Source: Geosiphon pyriformis uo1
Lineage: Eukaryota > Fungi > Glomeromycota
NCBI GenBank assembly: GCA_016748015.1
Contig: JAAOMT010000577.1
Coordinates: 1-64,000 of the forward strand
Length of the DNA stretch: 64,000 nt
Direction of reading: 5' to 3'
Made by a program: the position numbers and the translations under genes. A model generated the notes under the pieces. That model was not told where the DNA came from, ran no database searches, and saw nothing but the letters and a program-made list of their open reading frames with translations. Numbering within the stretch: the first letter of the stretch is position 1; every line of letters starts with the position of its first letter. Below, one piece after another: positions 1-11,753 of this stretch.

Positions 1-8
1 TTTCACAG

Positions 9-451
9 GGCTAAAAACGGAAACCATTCAAGAACGTATACTAAAATGCACTTATGGGATTGAAATCTTAAACGCTTTTAAACCCAATATCGATAAGAAA
101 AGGCGAGTTATTGATGGGGGCCTCTGTTACCGATTCAGTCCATTAATTGAACGCGGTACAAAAGTGAATGTCGATCACAAGATAACAAATGAATTTGTTC
201 CTGTGTACCATAATCAAACGTCGGCTACGTTTAAAGTATTCGCCACAAGCAGGGATAAAGTCAAATATTGTGACGAATATGGCGTTATATTTGTGGGCAC
301 CTTGAGGATCGACCTACCCGATATTCATATGGGAAAAAATCGCCCTATTGAATTTACATTGACTTTCTCAAAGTTTGAAATTGAAGCGAGTGCGAGGAAT
401 AAGAACACGGGCAGAATTTATAAAACTGTTCTCGAATATCATGATGTTTAG
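9..451 (+). CDS. Last exon of an HSP70-like (HSPA12-type) protein; gene starts upstream of the window
   Basis: Acceptor tttcacag ends at 8. Exon reads ...LKTETIQERILKCTYGIEILNAFKPNIDKKRRVIDGGLCYRFSPLIERGTKVNVDHKI...LEYHDV*. Colinear reverse complement of 9029-9471. Confidence 0.85.
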
Positions 452-1459
452 ACTAAAGATCCTTTCAAAAATGCCAGCAAACATTTATTTTAAATCTCAA
501 TATTTCATATTTTTAAATATAAAATTAACTTCATAAATGATGGCTTTTCCCAGTGAAGCAATTGAGATTTATCGAATTCATCTATAAGGTCGGTAAACTT
601 TGGGACGACTAAAAATAACCAAGTCTAGCCTTAAAGGTTTTTTTCTCAAATTGAAATCTCAGCTGTGTATTATATCCTTTTAAATCGTAAATGAGCAATA
701 TAGCGAACAAATCTCATATGTTTGTTTTATGAAGTTTGAAGTAGTCAAACCATAAAATACAAAAGTCAAGAAGGATCTTTATTATAGTAATTAGCCAATA
801 TTTTTTTCATGCAATATGCATTCAAAGAAATGATCAGCTGATTGTGAATTTAATAACTAATAATCTTATTAATCAAAAGTTTTTTTTCTACGTTTATTAT
901 AATTTAGCTTTTTTTTCTTAATTTTAACTACCAAAACTAAAAAGCCACTTAAAGACACTCTTAATAAAAGCTATCTATTTTCTTAAATATTTTTTGTCTT
1001 ATTGTTATATATATCTTATTATATTGTCTAAATTAAAAACCCGGAGATTTTTTTTAACTATAAACCAAATTAAATATGTAAAAAAAAATATATAAAAGTT
1101 TTATAAATAGTAATAAAAAAAATGAAAAAACTATATTAAAATATTTAAGCTATTACTTTTTTCAATAGAAAAACATACTTAAAAAATGCTAAAATTCTTA
1201 AAACATTAAAAACAAAAAATATAATACAGTCAGACCTCTATAAAAGAACACAGTTGGGACATGCAAATTATGTTCCATTTTAGAGGTGTTCTATTATAAA
1301 GTTTTATAATTATTATCAAATAAACTATATTTATTTATTAAATCAATCAATTATTATTATTATTAATATTATTAAAATATTGATTAATTTTTACCTGTTT
1401 TTTAGAATTTCCTTCATTTTTTTGTATTCATATAATTTTTTTCTAAGTAAATTTTGGTT

Positions 1460-3069
1460 TTATATACTAAAATTTTCTTCTGCTAATTGCTTTTCAAATC
1501 TAATTACCTTTTTTAATGCTTCATATGCTTCTGTAATTGTAATTATAGCAGGTGGAGATTCTTCTAATTCTTCTTCCGAGTCATTAATTGTATTGGTTTC
1601 AATTTGAGCATCGGCTAAAACCATATCTACAATTTCATTATTATCAAGAATATTTTCAGTTGCCAATAATTCATCAACTGCTACAGTATAATCTTCGANN
1701 NNNNNNNNNNNNNNNNNNNNNNNNNNNNNNNNNNNNNNNNNNNNNNNNNNNNNNNNNNNNNNNNNNNNNNNNNNNNNNNNNNNNNNNNNNNNNNNNNNNN
1801 NNNNNNNNNNNNNNNNNNNNNNNNNNNNNNNNNNNNNNNNNNNNNNNNNNNNNNNNNNNNNNNNNNNNNNNNNNNNNNNNATTATATAATATATAATGAT
1901 AATAATACTGTATATATTATATTACTTAACTATTCAATATTAATTTTTTGTTCAAATTGATGTAAAATATGTTGACATTATAAGTGCTTATATTTGCCTT
2001 TAAAAGATTTGATAATGCCAGCATCCATTGGTTGAAGATGTGATGTAGTATTTGGAGGAAAATAGTGCAAAGTAATATTGGTTAATTGGAATGAAACTTC
2101 TCCGATTTAAGTATGATGAGAAGTTGCATTATCAACCAAAAGTAATATATGCCGATTTTGAATTCGAAAGTCTTCATTTATATATTTGAGCCATGCTTTC
2201 CATATATCTGAGTGCATCCATGCTTTGGAATTGAATTTGTAAATCACAGGTAGGTTGGAAGTATTAATTCCTTTAAAGCATCTTGGATTTTTTGCATGTC
2301 CAATTACTAAAGGCTGCAATTTGTGAGATCCAGTTGAATTTGTAGCAAGAAGAATTGTAATCTGAGATTTATCCTATAAAAAACCCAATTAATTTAATAT
2401 AACAATAATATATAACAATAACAATTAGTAAATATAATATACCAATTTTTTTCCTGCATTTCGACATTTTGCAAGTGTTTGATTTGGTCCCATACGAAAA
2501 AATAATCCTGTTTCATCAGCATTATATATGTCAGCAGGATCAAATTTGGATATAATGGTTTTTAATTTTCTTCGTTCTTCTGGTAAACTTTCAGTTGATA
2601 CACTTCCTGCTTCACCATGAAATCGGTAAACACGTAACTGGTTTCATTTTTTGAATTTTTGAACCCATCCATTTGAGAATTGCATTTCATTTTCGTGCAT
2701 ACCAAGAAGTTTGGCAAATTCTTTTCCTTTCTCTTTAATTAGTTGATCATTGAATTCGATAGTGGCTGCAGTTACTTGTTCTACCCAATAACTTAAAGCT
2801 TGGTCTAATAATAGAAATTTAACGCTTTTGTGTCGAATAGATCTTTCTGAGATTTCATCAATTTCAATATTCAACCACTTTGTATGCTCTTTGATTATCT
2901 TGGAGACAGTTGGACGAGAAATATGAAGTTCTGGATATTTATTATTGAAGTAAGCTACAATATCATCATGTTTCGTGCCATAGTAATTTTTGGAATATTG
3001 ACAAATTTCTTTACGAAAAGCATCATTAACTGCTGCTCGTTTTTGTTTTTTGAATAAAGGTTCCGACAT
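1460..3069 (-). pseudogene. CENP-B/Tigger-type DDE_1 transposase, disrupted, with a spliceosomal intron
   Basis: Double-HTH N-terminus (ISRPTVSKII; FSNGWVQKFKK), IYNADETGLF, NSKAWM, LLLVDNATSH, HLQPMDAGII, acidic tail. GT-AG intron 2374-2442 (GKKL|DKSQITILL). Premature TGA at 2644-2646 and TAA at 1978-1980. Interrupted by an assembly gap. Confidence 0.88.
1699..1880. other. Assembly gap (182 N)
   Basis: Run of n inside the transposon. Confidence 1.
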
Positions 3070-3311
3070 TGTGATAATTTAGCAAGTCTAACTCTTTTCC
3101 CAATTACCAATTAACATCTAGCACGTGGTATTTGTTCTTATATGAAGGTAAATTTCGAATAAACGTTTAATAAAATTACTGTTCTTGTTCCTTTATAGAT
3201 TGTTCTTATATAAAGGGAAAATTGTTAATTAATCAATTGGTTCTATAAAGAAATGTTCTTTGTAAGAGGTTGTTCTTTTATTGAGGGTTCTTTTATGGAG
3301 GTCTGACTGTA

Positions 3312-6300
3312 GTAGTATTAATTGTAAAAAAGCTAAATTTTAATGAAAAAAATAAAAAACTAGGTTTTTTAAAGCTCAAATATCTTTTTATATTAAATTT
3401 GGCAAGCATTTTTATTTAAACATAAATTTGCTTAGCAATTAAAAAATATAGCTATATTATAATCAACTTTAATAGGTCTATTTATATGATTAAAGCAATA
3501 AAAACCAAAAAACTTAAAATTACAAAGTAATATTAATTAATTTGTTTAAAAGTATTTGAATTAAAAACTTTTTGTTTTCTTATTTTTATAACTATGACCA
3601 AAGAAAAAAGTAAAATAGTTGCAAATTTTTTATTATCTGAAATAACTGGTAGTTTTTTTTACCAATAAAACATTAACAGTTATAAAAATTACTCAATAGT
3701 ACTCTTTTTAAATAAAGTAATAATTAATCAGCTTTTTGCTAATTTGAAAACATTTTTTTTTCTTCTAAAGTTTTATTAAAAAGACTTATCTAAAATAATT
3801 CCGGTGTAGTTTCTGTTTTCTTTAAAAGTTCTAAAATATTTAATAAAAAACTGGTAACCAAGTTACTTTTTTTTTACTATTGCTTAAATGGCCAAAAAAG
3901 TCAAACCAATTTTTCAAATATCTGCAATGTCTAATAACAACTTATTTAAATACTAAAAAGTTTTTTTTTGATATGTTTAGTAGTTTTAATGTTTTAAAGC
4001 CAGCTTTTTCTTTTGTAAAAAATAAAGCTTTGATTTTTTAGTCTCTTTTGGCTTTTTTATTAATTTAGTATAATCAGTATTAATTACAGTACCCAAATTT
4101 GTTATGGTTATAGATAAGAAAAAATCTTTTATTTAGAACAATAATAATAAAAATATATTGATTAATTTTAATTTAAATTAATTTTTGGTTGTATTTTCTG
4201 ATATGTCAATTTCTGATCAACTTTTGTCTGTTTTAAAACCAAAACAAGACATGTTTTTTTATATATTTTTAATTAATTAGTTTATTAAATTATCTAATTT
4301 TAAAGATTAAACTAATTAGATAAAAATTAAAGCTATATTTTTTGGTGTTGTTTTTAGTAGTGTTAATAATTTATAGAATAAATAATTTTTATTTTGTATT
4401 AAAAATTTTTATTATGATTAAAATAATTTATATTAAATTGTATTTTAGTTTTTACATAGTTTTTTTAAATTAAATTCAATTATAATAAACAATATTAAAC
4501 TTTTTTGTATAGAGTTTATATTTTAAGATTTTTTAAATATTGTTATACAAATTAAGCTTGCTAAAAATTTTTCTATTTTAAAAATTGCAGTTTTTTGTAA
4601 TTTTTATTGGTTTTTTTTTGGCTATTGTTTTTTGTAATATTCTTCTTATTACTTTTAATAATATTAAAAATATTCTAAGTATTTTTGGTAAAGTTTTATT
4701 TATTAAATTAAAGCCTGCTAATTTGTACTTTATGCTATTATTTATTCAATTTTTTTTTGTTTTTATACTGTTTTTGTTTATTAATTTGTGTTAATAAAAA
4801 AAAATAGTATTAAAATTTTTTTTGATTAACTAATATAAAATTATTGTTTTCTATAATATTTTTAAAACCAAATTAGTTAATTTTTCTTTTGGCTATATTG
4901 TTTTTGAAATTAACAAGTTGGTTTGTTAAGTTTATAGTCATATTTGTTTTGTTTTTATTTTTTTTATTTTATTTAACAGTTATAATATATAATTATTACT
5001 TTTAATATTAAAAAAACTTGAATATTGCAGTTATAAAACTAATACTTTAAAAAAGTATTAATTTAGTAAAAAACTCTTAAATATTAACATCTTTTTTTTT
5101 AAGTCTGTTATTAATTTTAAAGTTTTTAATTTTTTTGTTAATATTAAATTTTATGTTAAAACTTCTGTTTTATTAGTTTTTTTGTTATTATTTTTTTAAT
5201 TGCTTTTGTTGTTGCTATTATTGATCTTTTAATTAGTTTTTATTTGGCTTTTTTTAAGTTTAATATAACTAATTTAGCTTTATTAATCAAATTAATTATT
5301 AAATTTATTAATACTTTGGTTTAGTTAATACTTAAATTAGTTAATGTTTTTTCTGCTTTATTAGCAAAATTAAGAAATTTGAGTCTTAATTTTCAAATTA
5401 AGTTAAATAATATTAATAAGTCTGTTAAAAAATTGGGTTTAAATATTACAAGATTTAAAATTAAGTTCGATTATAATAATAATAATAATATAGATATTGC
5501 AGATATTGCTATTAATATAAAAATATATACTTAAATAATAATTTTATAAGAATTTTAGTTATTAAATATCAAGTTTTGTATTAATAAAACTGTTATATAA
5601 TTGAATAGTTTGTTGGTTGTTTTTGTTTATAAATATTTGCTTAAAATAAATTTTTCTTTGCAAATCTAACTTAATTTAGCTTTAATTAACTTGAATGACT
5701 GATTATATGTAAAAAATACATAAATTGCAATTATGTAAATATTTTTGTATTTTATGTTTTAGTTAATAATTAAATTATATTTTGTTAAAACAAATAAAAA
5801 AAATTTATTAACTAATTTAAAATTTATTAATAAAATAACATGTATAATTAATTAAAACCAACAAATTTATATTAAAAAAAAATTATTATGTATTTTAATT
5901 TTACATATGTTTTAATGTTTTTAATGTTAATTGAATTAAAAGAAATTAAATTATACATAAAAACTTTTTTATTAACTGGCTAATTTTTCAATAGTTTTAT
6001 ATAAATGTAAATAATTAGTAAAAAGTTAATTTTATTAAGGTTGAGAAATAATAAGAACAAGTATACAACTTTTTTAATAATATTATTTAATAATATAAAA
6101 TTTAAGCATTTAAATATTTATTCATAATATAATAAATTTTATAAACATATTACTAAGTTGGTTAAAAGTATAGTACTTTACTAATTATAACAAAAGTTTA
6201 AGAAACTCAAGTAAAAAAATCTTTGGTTTCAAATTTTGTAAATATTTTGAATATAAAAATAGACAACATAAGTAAAAAAATATTAAACAAAATATTTATA

Positions 6301-6480
6301 TACTTAAAAAAAAGATTAATGAATTGTTTATTATAATTGTAATTTGGTTGTTAATGTAAAAACAAGTAAGGTTTTTAATAAAACTATATTAGTTTTTTTA
6401 TATATAATTACATAAAAAAGTTGTTACGTACGATATAAAAAAGATATACAATCTATTAAACAAAAACCAAATGCATAATT
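3312..6480 (-). repeat. Hypermutated AT-rich transposon relic, family not assignable (possibly retrotransposon gag-like)
   Basis: Extreme G/C depletion. Minus strand near 5170-5230 reads DQ**QQQKQLKK**QKN**, consistent with a Gln-rich coding stretch with CAA>TAA and CAG>TAG. Boundaries approximate. Confidence 0.45.
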
Positions 6481-6524
6481 TCAATTATTATTAAAAAATA
6501 AAGATAACTTGTAAATTAAAAGGA

Positions 6525-6780
6525 TTTTTTTTATTTTTTTTTATTCGCTGTAACAAAGTGTGGCTCATTCGCTAATTATAGCGCAAGATTGCAACATTCT
6601 GAATACAGCCGCGAATTACGCGTTTTCTACACAGCCCCACACCTGAGGCAAGCCACACTCACGTAATCACTAGTTTATCTCATCTTACGCACAGCGACAG
6701 GAAGCCTGCCGTGCAGCGTCTTAAGCAAGTAAGTTCTGAGTTTGGAATTGCTTTTACCAGTTCAAAAAGTAAATTTTTGT
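6525..6780 (-). mobile_element. 5'-truncated non-LTR retrotransposon (LINE) 3' fragment
   Basis: Minus strand 6740-6621 = LRTYLLKTLHGRLPVAVRKMR*TSDYVSVACLRCGAV*, resembling the zf-RVT-like C-terminal Cys domain of LINE ORF2. Followed by motifs shared with the LINE end at 46960-46985 and an A-rich tail (T-runs on + at 6525-6545). Confidence 0.72.
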
Positions 6781-9028
6781 ATATATATATATATATTACT
6801 AATAAAAAACAGGTTTTATGGATTTTAAAATAACAATAATAATTTTTTTAAATAAAATAATAAAATAAAAGAAGATTTTTAAATATTATGTTTTTTTAAA
6901 AAACAAGATTAATGTCTAAATTATTGGTATATATATAGAAAAATAAAGTCAAAACAACAAATTAAATTTATAAAATAATATTTAAAACTATAAATAAAAA
7001 CATTTATGAAAATGAACTTAAAGCAATTTTAATAAAACAAAAAAAATATTAAATTTTTTTTTAATTAATAGCCAATTGGTTTAATTGTAAAAGTTAAAAT
7101 AAAATTTAAACATCAAATTAAATTTTTTACACTATAAATTAATAACTTTGAGATTGAATAGCTATTAAAAAATTTTTAATTATTTATAAAAAATTTTATT
7201 ATTATTAAAATATAAATTGTTTAATTTAAAAATAATTAAGATTAAACTTTTTGCTCAAAATATAACTTTATAAAATAATGATAGTTTAAAAAATGGTTTT
7301 AACACAAAAATTAAAAATTATTATAAAAAAACAATATTAAAATATCGATGCAACATAAAAAAAAAATCAATTATTTAGCTTTATCACAATATTTAAATAA
7401 AATACAATTTAAAGCAACTGTATTTTTCTAATTATAAAAATTTGAAATATTTTATTACTACTTAAATATTTAATTGATAATAAATTAAATGGTTTTATTA
7501 TTATTAAATCTTATAATTTTAATTATTTATAAACTTTAAAAATAATAAAAAAGCCAAATACACTTTTAAAAATTTTTAAATATTAATCAATAAATCTTTT
7601 AGTTAATAATAAATAATATTAATTAAATCAAATTAATCATAATCGCAAAATTTTTTATCTATTTTTGTAAATATAATATAATTTAATAATTAAACAATTT
7701 TCAATAAATTAGATTTTCCTACTCTTATGAATTGGAATAATAAGCTAATGGATAGCAAAAAAAAAGGTAGTTGTATAACAATAGAAAAATTTAAATAAGA
7801 GAGCAAATCGAATGAATAAGTGATCTAATTGATATAATTAGTCTAATAAAATCACAGTTACTAATCTTTTTAAGAAAATCTGAAGGTTGAGAAATAGTTT
7901 ATAACAATCAAAAAAAAATAACACAGCTGTTATAATTTTATATCTCAATCAGCACTCTTAAAATTCGATAACAAGTATTGTTTTTCATTAATTGTTTATT
8001 CATTAATTTTTCTACTAAGACTAACAATAATACAAATCAAAAAAAGAAAAGAGAATTATGATCTTTTCTTTTAAGGTGTTTAGATTAAAAGAGGATTAGA
8101 TACAAGAATTATAAGAGTAAATTGGATCACTGATACGTAAATGGTCAGATGTTTTTTTTACAGTTTTGGAAAATTTTGCTTATATATCGTCTAACAAAGA
8201 CAAATGATTAAGTCAACAGTTAAATCAAGAGTTTGGTGACATATTTCTCAAAAATCCAAATACCGATGTTTACCTCAGAGGTAATACAAGCCCTGTAAAA
8301 AAAACTATTAATTCGGTTGAACTTTCCACGAATCGGTAACTTTCATATTTCGCGTTGATTTCAAAGGTAAATTCATGTACATAGTGTGTGTTTTCTAATA
8401 ATTTGTAAATCTTAAACTAGTTGAATATCTTTGTGGCAAATATGTTTTCCCAAACAGATGTATAAAATTTAAAGCTGAACTTTAGTTATGTTTAATTCTC
8501 AATGGATTTTGATTATTATAAACAATAATTTAAAATCAAAAATCTATTACAAAATGTCCGTGTTTGATTTTAAAATTTTAACAAAATATCAAAATTTGAG
8601 GATATCTAACTTACAGACCAAATGCTATGTATTTATCTAAATTGCTTTTTGCTAGTAAAAATAGAAAAATTCTGCATCACTAAATCAAATACTACATTTC
8701 ACATTTGAATGTTAATTCCAATTAAACAACTTTCAAAAGCTATAAGTGGTAAATCAATGTCTTGGAAAATAGTATCTAAATAAGCATAGCGGATCTCATT
8801 TCAAATTTTTATCTTACAGAACTTCCTCAATACGTTTTGAACATAAATCATGTTTAAGGATTCCTTGGTTAAAGCTTTCACATAAATTATTTATCTTGAG
8901 TGGAGAATGCTTGAAAAAAATAAAGGAACTGCGTTAAAATCAAGGCCATGGTTGATATATTGAGTAACGTATACTTATTTTCAAAGGGAGAATTTAAATC
9001 AAAGAATGAAAAAGGTATAATCATTTGT

Positions 9029-11245
9029 CTAAACATCATGATATTCGAGAACAGTTTTATAAATTCTGCCCGTGTTCTTATTCCTCGCACTCGCTTCAAT
9101 TTCAAACTTTGAGAAAGTCAATGTAAATTCAATAGGGCGATTTTTTCCCATATGAATATCGGGTAAGTCGATCCTCAAGGTGCCCACAAATATAACGCCA
9201 GGCTCGTCACAATATTTGACGTTATCCCTGCTTGTGGCGAATACTTTAAACGTAGCCGACGTTTGATTATGGTACACAGGAACAAATTCATTTGTTATCT
9301 TGTGATCGACATTCACTTTTGTACCGCGTTCAATTAATGGACTGAATCGGTAACAGAGGCCCCCATCAATAACTCGCCTGTTTTTATCGATATTGGGTTT
9401 AAAAGCGTTTAAGATTTCAATCCCATAAGTGCATTTTAGTATACGTTCTTGAATGGTTTCCGTTTTTAGCCCTGTGAAATAATATATTTTTTAGATATCA
9501 GGTATGAGATTTATAATTTAAAATACAGAATATCTTTCTGAATGCATAAAAGCCTACCATAAGCTACTGCTCCACGTACAACAGCTGCGATTGGAACAGG
9601 AGGAACAGCGATAATTTTCACTTTTGTTCCAAAGATTTCATTAACCCTTCGAACCAAGTATGGGGATTCACTAAAACCTCCAACAAGAAATATAGCATCA
9701 CATTGTCCTTTTGCTAGCTCGAATTGTTTCTGAATCAGATCCAGAATTCTTTGAATGACTGGATCAAACATTGCTTGAACATCTTCAAATGTTAGCTCAA
9801 TTAGCCAATCCGCTTCTTCCATCTTATTCTTGGCATCCTCGTTCATATACTCCATGACTGCTGGACAATAATATGGAATATCAAGTTCTATTGTTCTATA
9901 TGATGATCGATCGCCTTTGAATGGCTCTTTTATTCTTTTACAAAAGAAACGTTGAACGAGGTATTGCATTTGTTTATAATTGTTCCTTTTGAGCTTCTCC
10001 ATTGCTCCATACCCAAGTTTTTTACCGAGGAATCGAATAAATTCACGATCCACAAATGTTGAACCACACAAATCACCTGTTCGTTCGGTAATTTCGCTAA
10101 TTTTGTTGTCTTCTAATAACTTTCGAACCGTTATGTCGACCGTGCCACCTCCACAGTCCACAACCATAAAGTTTGCTGAAATAAAATAAAATAATTTTCA
10201 GTTTCTAAGCACTAAACGCAGGAATGGATTAAGAGAGATGAGCTAATCCACTATAAACTTATTTACCGCCAGGGCCTAGTTTGTGTTCTTTTAGAACTGA
10301 TAGGCAATGAATAGCCGCAGCTTCAGCTATTTTTAAAAGCCGATTAATAATGAAAAGCATAATTGAGATCTTAACGAAGAGGGTCGAATTTTAGCCTTAC
10401 GCTCAGTGGTAAATTCTAAATTTCGTGAACGAAGACTATCCAATAGCCCAGCGTTAAATGCCGCGGTTCTGAGAACGGTACGAGTATTTACTGAAAGGGG
10501 GAAATAAAATGTCAGTTAGAAAATGTCGAAATCAAAAACTTTGCCTTCTATTGTAAATAGTTTGAATTAGCTTACAATTCCATTCGGCTGGTACAGTAAG
10601 TACCAGGCTCATCTGCTGAGGGAAAACCAATCCGGGCCATCGGTTTTGCAGATTCTCTTTTATTATCTATTAGTTTTAATCAAAGTCATCTTATTTTTTC
10701 CAGGTAAAAGCTTCGAATATCATTAGAAGTCTATATTTATACCTTTTGAATTTCCCTGAGATAATCAGTGATAGCTTTGACAGGAGTCAATCCATTTGGC
10801 AACCAAGGTTTTTCATGATGTCTCAATGCTGATAAATGCAACTTGAATAATTCGACCGGATGAGAATCGGGAATTTTTCCAGTACGACGTCGTCTCATAG
10901 GCTCTTCAACTAGTGCTGTTTCGCCCCAATGAATGACGTTCCAGTTTTCATCATATTGAAGTACAGTTGGAACCTTGAAATGTCCATTTCGATTGGGCCT
11001 TTAGCAATGATAGTACCTCAAGTTAGACGAGTTTACCATGCAAAAATCATAGCTAAAATTTTTTCCATACCACTGACTGTTTGTTTCAATTTCGGGATTC
11101 ACTCTGTTTGCAAAAGCGAAGGTGCTAAAAGTAACGCCAAAATCTTAAATGCAAAAAACTAATTTCAGATATGATAAAATATACATAAAATTCATTTTAA
11201 CATCTTACCAAGAGCAACAACTACACGCGTATCTGGTAATGTCAT
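9029..11245 (-). CDS. HSP70-like protein (HSPA12-type actin-like ATPase), multi-exon
   Basis: ATG at 11245: MTLPDTRVVVAL|DFGVTFSTFAFANRVNPEIETNSQW|PNRNGHFKVPTVLQYD...VELFKLHL..., LVLTVPAEW, FTTE|PEAAAIHCL, MVVDCGGGTVD, CGSTFVDREF, FLVGGFSESPYL, AVVRGAV. GT-AG introns. Confidence 0.93.
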
Positions 11246-11753
11246 TATCAAATAGAGGTTTCACTTAAAAAGTTGTACCGTTTTTAATAGTTAAGAGTGG
11301 GGACGTTAAGCAAAAGTAACGAATGTTATAGTTCAACAAAATCAGATAAAATGAATTTGGTGGTTTATATTATAAAATTAAGAATTTCCTATTTGAATAA
11401 AAAGGAAACGCTGGTGAGAATGTAATAAAACTTGATTCTCATTGAAAAGGAAACTGAGTGAAAAAAGACAACGAATCCCGGCATTTTGTCCCTTGCTTTC
11501 ACAATATATAAAATATAAAACAATTGGGAACCATAAATTCCTGAGAAAATAATGGAAACTGTTTACTCGTGAAATTTGCAAACTTTATCCTCAGCCTCTC
11601 ATTTAACCATATTGGGCTTCTATTAAAATTAAGATTTTTACACAAATACCCAATGCGGAAATTACCTGTTTGCTTGATTTCGCAAATAACGTTGATTTAA
11701 ATTCTAATCATTAATAAATGATTTAGCTTTAGGCTTTGGACATTCTTTCGAAA

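Larger units (their letters stand above)
1227..3309 (-). mobile_element. pogo/Tigger-family DNA transposon (Tc1/mariner superfamily) with both ends and a defective transposase
   Basis: 23-bp TIRs CAGTCAGACCTCTATAAAAGAAC (1227-1249) and GTTCTTTTATGGAGGTCTGACTG (3287-3309), one mismatch. TA on both sides (1225-1226, 3310-3311). Subterminal GTTCTT-type repeats at about 3133-3290. Confidence 0.92.

Noticed and set aside
4585-4794. Hydrophobic F/I/L/K-rich ORFs here and at 22740, 37585, 47321 and 48069
   Set aside because: Compositional artefacts of AT-rich hypermutated or low-complexity DNA.
6556-6660. Possible hammerhead ribozyme or SECIS (GAAA and AUGA-like motifs within stems, minus strand)
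   Set aside because: The core reads CGAAUGA, not CUGANGA. Motif order and stems fit neither class, and the second copy lacks the intervening stems.
6729-6820. Apparent + strand intron (GTAAGT...TACTAAT...CAG) followed by ATG, suggesting a promoter and 5'-UTR exon
   Set aside because: The ATG hits a stop within four codons, and the minus strand explains the island better as a LINE zinc-finger region and 3' UTR.
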